DNA of 64,000 bases from the human T2T-CHM13v2.0 reference genome, Homo sapiens, in the NCBI RefSeq assembly GCF_009914755.1, contig NC_060932.1, one strand, 5' to 3'. The notes under the pieces were generated by a model, which worked only from the letters and a program-made list of their open reading frames with translations, was not told the DNA's origin and searched no databases. Of the stretch, positions 32,710-45,832 are shown piece by piece (the first letter of the stretch is position 1; each line of letters opens with the position of its first letter). Made by a program: the position numbers and the translations under genes.

Positions 32710-33148
32710 TAGAGATATTTCTTCTTTTAATCTCAATATTAGTAATTGTCTTTTCTCTCTTTTTTATCTAAAGGTTTTTCAATTTTATTGTACTTTTTCA
32801 TGAACTGGCTTATATTTAATTTATTTTTCTCTTTTCTCTTCCATTTTATTGTTTTTCACTTAAATTTTTATTATTTCTTATTTTGCATTTAATTTGCCCT
32901 TCTTTTCCTAGCTCTTTAAGCTGGATGTTTAGATAATTTATTTTTGAACATTTATTCTTTTCTAATATAACCATTTAAAGCTATAAATTTTCTTCAAAAC
33001 GTTGTTTTAGGTGGTCCCACAAATTTTGGCATATTGTGTTCTCATTATTCTTTAGTTCAAAATATTTTCTAAGTTCCTTATGATTTTTTTGACTTATGTA
33101 CTATATAGAAACATAATGTTCAATCTTCACATATTTTGGAAGTTTTCC

Positions 33149-33362
33149 AGCTACAAGCCAGGAAAGCGAAGGATTTCCAAAAACCCCTAGAAGCTTGAAG
33201 AGGCAAGGAAGAATTCTTCCCTAGAACCTTCAGAGGAAGCATGACTGCCGACAGCATGATTTTGGGCTTCTAGCCTCCAGAACTATGAGAGACTAAGTTT
33301 CTGTTGTTTAGAGCCATCTAATTTTTGGCAATTTATTATGGAAGTCCCAGAAAACTAATATA
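33149..33362 (+). mobile_element. MaLR LTR 3' half (MLT1B/C-like)
   Basis: CTAGAAGCTTGAAGAGGCAAGGAAGAATTCTTCCCTAGAACCTTCAGAGG...GAAAACTAATA. Confidence 0.8.
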
Positions 33363-33364
33363 CT

Positions 33365-34000
33365 TGGTGGTATTAGAATTTTATGTTTGTCTTTTTAAGG
33401 AACTGTCAAATTAATTCACTGGTGCCTGCATCATATTATAGTCCCATCAGCAATGAGGTTTCTCCTCCTCACCAACAATTGGTTTCAACACCAACAATTC
33501 TCTTCCTTTTTTTTTCTTTTTTTTTTTAAAGACAGTCAAATTTAGCAGTGGAGAGTTGTATACCAACTTCAGTGATGCTGATGTTAATAAGTTCTGATAA
33601 CCCACCATCATCAGGCCAGTGATTCTCTTCCTCACTATCCTCGGACCAACGATTCTCTTCCTTTCTTTTCCTCACCAATAATTCTTTTCATTTTCTTTTT
33701 AAAAAAATTATAACCATCCTAGTGGGTATAAAGTGGTATTGCTTGCAGTTTTGATTTGCATTTCTTTAGCAACTAACAATATTCAGCATATTCAGCATCT
33801 TTTCATGTGCTTATTTGCCACTTGTGTATCTTTTTTGGAAAAATATCTATTAAAATCTGTTATCCATTTTAAATTGGGTTATTTGTCTCTTTATCGTTGA
33901 ATTGTAAGGATACTTTAAACATTCTGGTTACTAGACCCTCATCAAATATATGATTTGCAATATTTTCTCTGATTTTGTGGGTTGTCTTTTTACTTTCTTT
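33365..34000 (-). mobile_element. Old L1M fragment (3' ORF2/UTR) hosting the Y RNA retrocopy
   Basis: AGGAACTGTCAAA...CCCATCAGCAATG...CCATCCTAGTGGGTATAAAGTGGTAT typical antisense L1M. Confidence 0.75.
33528..33620 (-). pseudogene. Y4 RNA (RNY4-derived) retropseudogene with poly-A tail
   Basis: Reverse complement CTGGCCTGATGATGGTGGGTTATCAGAACTTATTAACATCAGCATCACTGAAGTTGGTATACAACTCTCCACTGCTAAATTTGACTGTCTTT matches hY4. Poly-T at 33507-33527; ATTCTCTTCCT on both sides. Confidence 0.95.
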
Positions 34001-34383
34001 TTTTCCTTTTATTTTTAGTTGACATGTAATAATTGTATATATTTATGGGATACAGGGTGATATTCCGATACATGTATGCAATGTGTGATGGTCAAATCAC
34101 GGTAATCAGCATATACATTAACTCAAACATTTATTATTTTTCTATGAGTGAGACCCCATCTCCAAAAAAAAAAAAAAAGAGTTCCCTTTTCTTTCAATCC
34201 TTGCCAGCATTTGTTATTTTTTGTCTTTTTGATAATAGCCATTCTAACTGGGGTGAGATGAGATCTCATTGTGGTTTTGATGTGCATTTCCCTGATAATT
34301 ACTGATGTTGAGCATTTTTTTAATATACCTGTTGGCACTTTGTATGTCTTCTTTTGAGAGTTGTCTATTCAGCTCATTTATCC
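34001..34383 (-). mobile_element. L1MA 3' end with internal deletion
   Basis: TTTTTAGTTGACATGTAATAATTGTATATATTTATGGGATACA L1MA terminus; jumps to GAGTTCCCTTTT after an Alu-tail stub. Confidence 0.8.
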
Positions 34384-35841
34384 AAAGAGTATACTCTTGA
34401 TAGACATTTAGAACAAGCTTTCTCAAAAAGTGTGTTCTGAAAAAATAAAAGAAAGATTAGTTCCATAAAATATTTATGCGGATTACTGGGGGAAAATTGT
34501 TCATTGAATTACTTATAGCACTTGTGTTCTATGATTTACACTATGGATTTAGGAAAACAAAGAAAAGCCCTTGGTATGTGGTTAGAACTTTACAAGACAC
34601 ACTTACATACACAACTATGATTGTAAATTATAAGCTCCAGACCTCTGCTCCCAAATGTCCTGAGTAAAGTCTTTCTTTACTGGCTTCCAAGTCCTGCAGA
34701 GGCTGTCACTATCACCTGGACTTAGGTTGAACTTCAAAGTCTGATGGAAACATGTAGGGAATGTGAAGCAGCACAGCTGCTATCTTAGACTCTTTGAAAG
34801 ACTTTAAATTAGTTGCTTTGCTATTCTCGGGTTTAGTCTTTCCCTCTGCAGTATGCTTTCTGGTGTGCATTTTATTTTTATTTTTTATTGTAAATTGACA
34901 ATTTATAATCATATACATTTATGGAATAAAAAGTGATATTACGTTTTATGAATATGATGTTAAATAATTAAATAGAGCTAGTTAACATATCCATCACTTC
35001 AAATACTTAGCATATTTGTGATGAGAATATTTGAAATGTACCCTTAGTTTAGAAATGTACAATACTCTAAAACTGTATGCACTACGCTGCATACAGTTGT
35101 AAAAAAAAATTCCTTCTGAGATTTTTTACCCTTTGACCATAATCTTATTCCTTCTGCTTGAGATTTTGTACCTTTTGATCATAATCTTCCCATCTCTCCC
35201 AACCCCTAACCTCTGTAACCACCATTCTACTCTTTGCTTCTATAAGTTTGATTGTTTTAGATTTCACATATAAATGAGTACATGCAGGATTTGTCTTTCT
35301 TTGCCTGGCTTATTTCACTTAGGATAATGTTCTCCAATTCCATCCATGTTTTCAGAAATGATAAGATTTTCTTCTTTTTAAAAAACTGAATAGTATCCTA
35401 CTGCGTATGTAGACCACATTTTATTTATTTGTTCATCTGTTGATGGACATTTTACTTGATTCCATAACTTGGCTATTGTGAATAGTGCTGCAATAAATGT
35501 AGGACTGCCAACACCTCTTCTACCAACTGATTTGACCTTGTTTGGGTAAATACTCAGAAGTGGGATTGCTGGATCATGGTAAATCTATTTTTAGTTTTTT
35601 GAGAAACCATACAGTTTTCCTTAATAGCTGTCCTAATTTACATTCCTAGCAATAATAGAAGGTTGAACCACCAAGGGTTCCCTTTTTGTCACATTCTTGC
35701 CAATACTTATCTTTCATCATTTTTATAATAGTCATTCTAACAGGTGTGAAATGCTACCTTCTTGTGGTTTTACCTTGCATTTCCCTAATGGTTAGCAATA
35801 TTAAGCATTTAAAAAATATGTCTGTTGGCCATTTGTATGTC

Positions 35842-36103
<262 letters not shown>

Positions 36104-38333
36104 TGTATGTCTTCTTTTGAGAAAGTCTATTTAGGCCCCATGCCCATTTTTTAACTGAGTTTTTTGTTTTTTTGCTGAGTTTTAACTGAGTTGTTTGAGC
36201 TCCTTGTATATTTTGGATATTAACCAATTATTGGATATATGGATTGCAAATATTTTCTCCCAATTTGTAGATTTTCTCTCACACTGTTAATTGTTTTCTT
36301 TGCTGTGCAGAAGCTTTTTGGTTTGATGTAATCCAATTTCACAATTTTTGCTTTACTTGGCTGTGCATTTGAGGTCAAATACATTAATCATTTCTCAGAT
36401 CAATGTTTTATAGTTTTTCTCCTATGTTTTCTTCTAGTAATTTTACACTTTCTAGTCTTATATGTAAGTCTTTAATCCATTTTGAGTTGATTTTTGTATA
36501 TGATTTGAGATAAGGGTTCAATTTAGTCTGCATGTGGACATTCAATTTTCCCGACACCATTTATTGAAGAGACTGTCTTTTTCCAATGCGTGTCCTTAGC
36601 ACCTTCGTGGGAGATCAATTGACCATATATACATGAGTTTATTTCTGGGATCTCTCTTCTGTTCTGCTGTTCTATATGTCTACTTTAATGCCAGTACTAT
36701 GCTGTTTTGATTACTATGGCTTTGTAGTGGATTTTGAAGTCAGGTAGTGTGATGCCTCCAGCTTTGTTCCTTTTGCTCAAGATTGCTTTGCCTAGTCAGT
36801 GTCTTTTGTGGTTCTATACAGATTTTAGGATTATTTTTTCCATTTCTATGTAAAAATGACCCTGGAATTTTGATAGAGATTGCATAGACTCTATAGATCA
36901 CTTTGTGTAATATGGACATTTTCACACTATTAGTTCTTTCAATCCATGAATGTGGAATATCTTTTAATTTATTAGTGTCTTCTTTGATTTCTTTCATGAT
37001 TTTTTTATAGTTTTTAGTGTACAGATTTTTTTACCTCTTTAGTTAAATTTATTCCTTTTTTTGTACCTATTGTAAGTGGGATTGTTCTCTTTAATTCTTT
37101 CTGGTTAGTTTGTTGTTAGTGTGTAGAAATGCTACTGATTTTTGTGCGTTGATTTTGTACCTTGCAACTTTACTGTATTTATTAGTTCTGGCAGATTTTT
37201 TTTTTTATTGGTAGAGTATGTAGGGTTTTCTATATATAAGATCATGGCATCAACAAACAGTGACAGGTTTACTTCTTTCTTTTCTATTTGGATGCCTTTT
37301 ATTTCTTTCTCTTGCTTAATTTCCCTGGCAACCACTTGCAATACTATGTTGAATAGAAATGGTAAGAATAGGCATCCTTGTCTTGTTCCAGATCTTAGAG
37401 GAAATGCTTTCAATTTTTCATCATTGAGTATGTTAGCTGTAGGATTCTCATATATGGACTTCATTGTGTTGTGATACATTTCTTCTATACCTAATTTGGT
37501 GAGATTTTTTTTTTTTTAATCATGAAAGGATGTCGAATTTAATCAAATGCTTTTTCTACACCTACCAGGTGATCATATGATTTTTCTTCTTCATTCTGTT
37601 AATGTGATGTATCACATTTATTGATAATGCTGGCCTCATAAAGAGTTTGGAAGTGTTACTTCTTTTTTGATTTTTTTGGAAGACTTTGAGAAGGGTTGGT
37701 ATTAGTTCTTTAAATGTTTTGTGGAATTCAGCAGTGAAGTCATCAGGTCCTAGGCTTTTCTTTGATGGGAGACTTTTTATTACTGATTGTATCTCCTTAC
37801 TAATTATTGGTCTCTTCAGATTTTCTATTTCTTCATTATTCACTTTTGGTAGATTTTATGCGTCTAGGAATTTATCAGTTTCTTTTAGTTTATCCAATTT
37901 ATTCATGTATAATTATTCATAGTAGTCTCCTATGATGGTTTTTATTTCTGTGATATCAGTTGTAATGTCTCCTCTTTCATTTCTGATTTTATTTATTTGA
38001 ATCTTCTATTTTTAATCAGTCTAACTGAAAGTTTGCCAATTTTATCTTTTTAAAAAATCAACTCATTTTCATTGATTAACAATTAAACAATTAAATTGTT
38101 TTTCTAGTCTCCATTTTATTTATTTCTCCTCTGATCTTTATTATCTCTTTCCTTCTGCTTGCTTTGGGTTTAGTTTCTTCTTTTTTTTATAGCTCTTTGA
38201 GGTAGAATGTTAAGTTGTTTATTTGAGATCTTTCTTCTTTTATAACATAGGAATTTATTAGTATAAATTTTCCTCTTAGAACTGCTTATGCTGTATCCCA
38301 TAAGTTTTGGTGTGTTGTATTTACTTTTTTTTG

Positions 38334-38369
<36 letters not shown>

Positions 38370-38601
38370 GTATATATGTGTATATATGTGTATATATATG
38401 TATGTATATATACTTACATACAACATACCTAAATTTATATTTATCTATATTTATATATTTTCTATGTCATTTGTCTCCCAGGCTGGGCTGTAGTGGCATG
38501 ATCATATCTCACTACAACTTTGAACTACTGGGCTCAAGGAGTCCTTCCACCTCAGCCTCCAAAAGTGCTGGGATTACAGGTGTGAGCCACCATACCTGGA
38601 C
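38334..38601 (-). mobile_element. Alu monomer (FLAM-like) with (CT)n(TA)n tail
   Basis: Microsatellite at 38334-38420 followed by CCCAGGCTGG...CAAAAGTGCTGGGATTACAGGTGTGAGCCACC. Confidence 0.8.
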
Positions 38602-40704
38602 TTCCAAGATAGTTTTAAATTTCCCTTTTAATTTCTTCGGTGACCCATTGGTTGTTCAGGACCATGTTGTTTAATTTCCATGTATTTGTTAATTTTCTGA
38701 AATTTTCTTGGTATTGATTTCTATTTTTATAACATTGTGGTTGGAAAAACTACTTGATATAATTTCAGTCTTCTTAAATATGCTGAGGCTTGTTTTGTGC
38801 TCTAACATGTGATCTATCCTGGAGAATATTTTGTGTGCACTTCAACACAATGTGTATTCTGCTGCTGTTGGATGGAATATTCTATGTATGTCTGTTAGAT
38901 CCATTTAGTCTAAAATATTTTTCAAGTTTAATGTTTCCTTATTAATTTTCTGTCTGGATGATCTATTTATTGTTTTAAGTGGGGGTACTGAAATCTTCTA
39001 TAATTATTGAATTGTGATTTATTTCTCCCTTCAGACCCTTTAATATTTGTTTTATATATTTAGATGCTCTGATGTTGGGTACATGTATACCTACAGTTAT
39101 ATTTTCTTGATAAATTGACCCATTTATCATTACATAATGTCCTTTTTTTGCTTCTTTTTACAGTTTTTGACAAAGTCTGTTTTATTGGATATAAGTATAG
39201 CTAACACTATTCTTTTGGTTTCCACTTGCATGGAATGTCTTCTTACATTTCTTCACTTTCAGTGTATTTGTGTGTGCCATTATTCTTTTGTATGCAGCAT
39301 ATAGTTGGGTCTTGTTTTTTCAGTCCATTCAGTGACTTTGTGTCTTTTTATGGGAGAATTTAATCCATTTACATTCAGGGAAATTATCATTAGGTAAGGA
39401 CCTACTACTGCCATTTTGTTAGTTACTTTCTTGTTGTTTTGGATATACATTTGTTCTTTCCTCCTGTCTTACTGTCTTCCTTCGTGGTTGATGGTTTTTC
39501 TGTAGTAGTATGCTTTGAATCTTTTCTATTTTTGTTTTGTGTTTCTATTAAGTATTTTTGCTTTGTGGTTACCAAAATGTGTTTTCGAATATGGCTGTGA
39601 GTAGCTCAGGTAGACTCTTGGAACGAGATATTAACTACATTCTTCCAAAATTAGGCAATCTTGCAAAGTCTTTAAGTTTAGAACTAATCCTGGAGCAAAG
39701 CTTGTTTAGTTAAGAGAATGGAAGAGAGAAATTTATTATTGCACAGATATGATTAGCAAAATTGTTCAATAACATCCTGTATCTCCATGTTGTAGCCAAA
39801 TGCTTTCACTGAAAACAAATTCTGCTGCTTGTTTACATACAGACAAGAATTTTTTTAAAGAAGTAAGAATAATGATACTGATCACCTGTTTGAAGTTTTA
39901 AATATGTTTCTCTAAAAGTAACCCTGGAGAAAATTTTAGGGGATAATGCTGGAACAGTTGTTTTTCTCAAAAGACCACCCTAGTGGGTGACTCAGTTAAG
40001 AATTATTTGCTGTAAATCTTCAATGCAAAATAGGCTTGGAAATATCATCATGGATAATGGCAAATGTTGGGAGAAGAAATTAAGTCTAGAAACCCAGGAC
40101 CTGAGGAGAGTGAACGGGGTTGCAGTGTTTAGGTGCTTTAGCATAGTCCTGAGTACACAGTGCATTCCACCAGAATAAAATGAGAAGCAAGAAGATAAAC
40201 TTACGTAACAGTGCTTTGTTAATCTGGTTACTGAGCATATTTAAAACGCTACAGAAGAGAATACACCTCCATGGCTGTGGTCCATTTTATGCAGCTAGCA
40301 GAAAATACAGTTTTTACACAGACAAACCAAGTCTGTGTTTATTTAAGTACAGTTTGCTTTACAAAATGTTGCACTAGGTATCTACATGATACATTTTGAC
40401 TAGCATTATTCAATACTATTTGGAGAAAGTCTAAGGCAATTTTTCTAGATTAATGATTTTTAGTGAAAGGATTATTAAGGTATTTGGTCAAGGCTGAAAT
40501 AAAACATTTTGAGTGTCTTGAAAATAAGCAAATAAAAAAAAATTAAGAGGAATAGGTCCATGACATAGTATCATTTGTGACTAATGGTAACTTAACTTTG
40601 ACCTTAAGTTAACTGAAGAAAAAAGTCTAATATTTTGAATATCCAAACTTCAACCAATTCAATGATAAATAACTTAATTAATTTCAGTTATCATTAATAG
40701 TTAC

Positions 40705-40900
40705 ACAGTGGTAAGACCAGCTGACCAGAGTTCAAACCTTGACTCCTCCACTGATCAGTTCTGTGTGATTATGTCTGTTGCACAGTTTCCTGTGGTAAAT
40801 AATAGCACCAACCCTACAACGTAGTTCTGAGAATGGGGTTAGTGTACATGAATTGTGCATAGCTCCATGTCTGATGTTATTAAGTGTTAGTTGTTAGCTC
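40705..40900 (+). mobile_element. MIR remnant
   Basis: ACAGTGGTAAG...GAGTTCAAACCTTGACTCCTCCACT...CAGTTTCC...TAAGTGTTAG. Confidence 0.6.
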
Positions 40901-43368
40901 ATAAGGTTGTAACAGACACAGAAATAATTGTCAGTTGTTGCAACTTTTTCTGTTTTCTGTTGATGTTTTACAACATCGTGGAGCATTCTTGCTATGCAAT
41001 ACAAGTATGTCATACAAGTGTGGTTGCTACCGTTGGGCAGGTGGGCCAGCAAAGTTGTATGAAATGTTCAAGCAACATTACATTGAATAATTTTTACACT
41101 GAATCATTGAAAGACTTTGCAGGCAAGCTTAACCAGCGCAGATTTCATAAATTAAATATCCAAGTCTGTACTGAATTATTTACACTTATGTAACATGGTA
41201 ATTATAAAAGCAATAGCATATATAGTTTCAAACAGTGATTAAAAAGTTAGATATCTATGATTTATGAAGCCATACTTCAATTTAGCTTATGTATATAACT
41301 TCTAGAAAGTATAGCTTTTTGGAGTTGCCTAACCTGCTAGTGGGAAGAATTAAACTCCATCAGGTAAAAGCAAATGTTACAAGATAATGTTTAACAAAAA
41401 TTTGACCTGATCTATAAAATGTACTAAAAATTACATTTCTGCAAGTGCGTTGGAAGGCCTGGATGTGAGAGTGTGTTGGGGCTATACATATAAATGTGGG
41501 TCATATGTGAAACAAACTAAAATCTGAACATTTTAGGTCCATATCCTGTTGTATGCTTGCTGATTGACTACTGGACTAATCCTTGTTTCATCTATCAAAT
41601 ATGAGAAAATATAGTGAAGTTCCTTATGAGGACCATTATAATTTAGTTTTTCAAAAATGCTATTTAATCAAACTAATTTACATCACCAGTGATCTCATGA
41701 CTAACTAGAATGGTCCTTTTCTATTTCTTGCCAATTTCATTTACAACAAACAACAAAACACAGTTTAGGTGTAACTTAGGTCTGAAGGGAAATATCTATA
41801 CTGTGTATAGTAAGTATAAGAAAAAGAAAAAATTAAGTGTAATTTTTAAAAATTTAATTCAATTCTTTAGAATTAAGGCCTAGGAGACCACGAAGAATAT
41901 GTTAGAAATGTTAGAATGATTGTGGTTTACCTAAATCTTCATACATATAGGAAGCTTTGAAAAATTCAAAAGAAAATATGCAAGGCTGGATTCAACTTCA
42001 TCTACAAAGAGAACTTTGATAACTGCACAATCATCAATCATTCTCAGAGAACAGAAAGCTCCAGTTCAAGCCTGTAAGTCATTTCTTTGTTGATATTATG
42101 GTATGGTGGTCAGCTCTGTCTCAATGCAGACACAGTGGTACAAAAGAATGAAGTAGAGATGAGGAGGTAACTATTAGCAAAAGGAAATCTGTTTTTGAGT
42201 AAGACAAACACTCTGCAGTGATTTTCATTGAAATTTACACTTTTCTAAATATTGGCCATTATATAGAAATCTCAGACTCATCTCATCTTTCTACTCTATG
42301 GGATCTTAATTTTTCATGACCTATAGTTTTTTTTTAGTTAATAAATTCTAAAACAGAATAAATAATTTAAAAAGCAAAGTCATCTTGTGGAATGTAGGTT
42401 CAGGTTTAAGTAATTACTGTTCTTGTTTTACTGCATTTTGATGAGCACCAACATTCTAATTATAGTCCAGCATCTCTTGTTTGGCAGGCAATGCCAATGC
42501 CAATCATACTCCATTATATATTGCTATGGAGTAACCATTAGCAACAATTGCATTCACCACCCCAATTTTTGACTAATGCTCCATCCACATGAGCGCTCTA
42601 GTCTCCAGAGATAAGAACAGCTATACTCACTGTGCTCATTGTCCCAGTCACCTTTGACAATTGTTTCTTTTTTTTTTTTTTTTTGGCCTCATGTCACAGA
42701 TTATCTACTAAAGGACTCATCTTAGCCCTGTGATTAAAAAGAATTGATTACTTCGGCTGTTTCTTATAGCAAGATCTTTACTTTCATCTAAAATAGTGCT
42801 CTTATATTTCACACTGAGTTTCAAAATTCCAAAGAGGAGACCTGTACACTACTGTGATTTGATGTGATAGAATGCCAAAGTGGGGGAACAAGTTGAAAGT
42901 AGGTCCAAAACTTCACTAATTTATATGAAAATGTGCCTTTAAAAGTATTGAATATATAAAAGTATTAGAAGTTAATTTCTTTTTCATATTTTTAATTGTC
43001 TAAAAAACAAGTTATCAGTTGCATGAGATATTTTGTACTTAGTCATTCTCATTTCAGAGAAGCTTAGTTTTAATGAGTTCATACCTTGAAATGCTCTGAC
43101 TCCCCTTTAGTTCCGTAAATGTCTGTTCATGAGAGGATGGTTCACATTAATTACAGTGTCTTTTCATCTTCCTTTGCATGCAGCAGGGTTCCAATGTCCA
43201 GCACCTTGCATCTGAAATGAAAGAAATGGGGAGAGGATGTTTGCCTTTTTATATCCTAGTGTATATTATATGATAGGACTAACTTCTCCTATCTCAGAGT
43301 CCCCAAAATAACCTCTTACAGTCTAGTCTTTATCCTCTGCAATTTTGTTTTTTCCTGTAAGGCATAAT

Positions 43369-43734
43369 TGTCTTAGTACTTTTGGATTCCTATATCAAAA
43401 TACCATAAATTGGGTGGCTTATTAGCAACGGAAATTTATTGCTCACAGTTCTGGAACTGGAAAATCAAAGATCAAGGTGCTGGCAGATTTGGTATCTGAT
43501 GAGGTCCTGCTTCCTTATAAATGGTGCCTTCTTGCTGTGTCCTTACATGGTGGAAGGGGCAAACAGCTCACTCAGGCCTCTGCTATGAGGGCACTAATCC
43601 CATTCACGTGGTCAGAGTCCTCATGACCTAATTACCTCCCAAAGATCCTACTTCCTAACACCATCACCTTGGGAATTGGGGGAGGATTTAAACATAAATT
43701 TCAGGGGTGAGATATAAACATTCAGGCCATAGCA
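43369..43734 (-). mobile_element. MaLR solo LTR (MLT1A-like)
   Basis: TGTCTTAGT...AAAATACCATAAATTGGGTGGCTTA...CATTCAGGCCATAGCA. Confidence 0.85.
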
Positions 43735-43813
43735 ACAGCAGTAAGGGATTTTATTGATTCTGTAATCTATTCCATGAATACTTCCGCACTTCTGAAATAA
43801 GAATGGGTCTTTT

Positions 43814-43941
43814 GGCCAGGCATCTTGGCTTTGTAATCCCAGCGCTTTGGAAAGCTGAGGTAGGGGGAGGATTGCTTGAGCCCAGGAGTTCAAGACCAAC
43901 CTGAACAACAGAGTGAGCCCTCATCTCACTTAAAAAAAAAA
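43814..43941 (+). mobile_element. FLAM (Alu monomer) with perfect 14-bp TSD
   Basis: GGCCAGGC...GAGCCCAGGAGTTCAAGACC...poly-A; TSD AAGAATGGGTCTTT at 43799-43812 and 43942-43955. Confidence 0.9.
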
Positions 43942-44007
43942 AAGAATGGGTCTTTCAATCAATGGCATATTTTTCTTAGCAGTACACAAAGTATGGATTA
44001 AAAAATG

Positions 44008-44414
44008 ATTAATATGATTTGAATGTTTATCTTTTTCCAAACCCATGTACAAATTTAATTGTCATTGTAATAATATTAAGAAGTAGGACTTTTAAGAGGT
44101 GATTAGGCCACGAGGGCTTTGCCCTTATGAATGGATTAATGTTATATTGTGGGAGTGGGTTCCTTCCTTATAAAAGGATGAGTTAAATACTTCTTTCTTG
44201 TTCTTTCCATCCCTCTTTCTTTCTCTTTCCCCCACCACTCTCTTTTACTCTCTTTACCCTGTTGCCATGGAGTTATGCAGCAAGAAAGCACTCACCAGAT
44301 GCTAGCCCCTCAATTTTGTACTTCCCAGCCTCCAGAACTGTGAGCAAATAAATTTCTGTCTGAGTTACTCAGTCTGTGGTATTCTGTTATAGCTTCACAG
44401 AACTGACTAAGACA
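44008..44414 (+). mobile_element. MaLR solo LTR (MSTD-like)
   Basis: ATGATTTGAATGT...GATTAGGCCACGAGGGC...CTCACCAGATGC...GACTAAGACA. Confidence 0.8.
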
Positions 44415-44499
44415 CTGATGAATTTTTGGATTGTATAAAATTCAGCAACAATACCTAAAATTTATTAGGGTTTACTAAGTCTCAGTATTTTAAGTGATT

Positions 44500-45410
44500 T
44501 ACCCCCTTCATTTATAAACTCTACAAGAATTTCTATAGAAACTGAATTTCAGAGGGGCCAAGTGACTTAGTAAGTAAGTAAGCCAGGCTTTGGGCACGTG
44601 TCTGTTTGAGGGAGTCCCTGTTTTCACTGTTTCCTACCACACACTTCTCCTCTGTCCAAGCCTGTCCTTAAGAAAGGATCAGTTATTCGATCTTCAGTGT
44701 TCTTTCTTCCAAGTGTTTTTGCAATTTAGAGATAAAGGATATCTCTCTAATTTTGGAACACTAATCATGCAGAGTACAATAGCTTACAAAATATTTTAAT
44801 TTATTCAATTAACACTAATAGACTCTTTTTCTTTTTCTGGGCATTATGGGGAAACAAAAATTACTAGAAAATCATTCCTATCTCCAAGGGCTCAGAGTCT
44901 AGTGGTGGAATCTCAGACAATCATTACAACAGTGGGGAAAGTTTTAGAGCAGGGATAAGTACCAAGATCTTCAGGCGTGAGTTGCCTCAAAGTTGAACTG
45001 AGCTGGGCTATATCTGTAGTAGTTAAGAGAAGTCTTCCCTGAGGAAATGACCTTGAAGCTGAGTTTTGAGTCACAAGAATTTGCTTCAGGGTGTCATGTA
45101 CTGTGCCAGATGATGAATAAATGAGGAAATCAATCAGTCAACAAAAGAAAGAAATGAACTATGGAGTGAAAAACACTGAGCCCACAACTCTGGAACACTG
45201 ACATAAGAAGCAGTTAGTGCTAGACAGGGCTTTAAGGAGCCTGACAAGGCTATTCTCTAGAAGAGTGGAAAGAGATGGGTGTGGGGGCAGTGAAGAAATG
45301 ATAGAAGGTTTCTGAGAAGCAAGAAGGCTTCAAGGAGGGAATGGCCAACATTACCAAAAGTTGCAAAGAAGAAAAATTATAATCACTGAAACAAGCTTAT
45401 CAAATTTGTC
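44500..45410. mobile_element. Cluster of MIR and L2 remnants
   Basis: MIR-like GAAACTGA..CAGAGGGGCCAAGTGACTT (~44540); L2-like CTCAGAGTCTAGTGG and TTCCCTGAGGAAATGACCTTGAAGCTGAG. Confidence 0.5.
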
Positions 45411-45411
45411 T

Positions 45412-45630
45412 CCTTATAAAAGACACCCCAGAAAGCTCTCTCAGCCTTTCTACCGTGTGAGAACACAGTGAGAAGAAAGCTATCTATGTACCAGAAAAGA
45501 AGCCCTCATCGTAGACTGAATCTACTTGATCTTGGACTTTCCAGCTTCAAGAACTATTAGAAATAAATGTTTGTTATTTCAGGCCACCTAATTTTTAGAA
45601 TTTTTGTTTTAACATGAATGGACTAAGACA
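45412..45630 (+). mobile_element. MaLR LTR 3' part (MLT1A-like)
   Basis: CCTTATAAAAGAC...GATCTTGGACTTTCCAGC...ATGGACTAAGACA. Confidence 0.75.
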
Positions 45631-45832
45631 ATTACAAAGGCTTACACTTATGTTTTCTTCTAAGACTGTTTTAGTGTAAGCTCTTCTGTTTAGATCCTTG
45701 AACCATTTTGACTTCAGTGTTGTATATGGTGTGAGGTAGGCATTCAAATTCATTCTTTTGAATATAGATATTAGCCTTCTCTTGCCATTTATTAAAATGA
45801 GCATTCTTCTCTCATAGAATGCTTCTGGAACA

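Noticed and set aside
33447-33635. 62-aa ORF and a possible C/D-box snoRNA (TGATG/CTGA motifs)
   Set aside because: Fully explained by the antisense Y4 RNA retrocopy and its poly-A tail.
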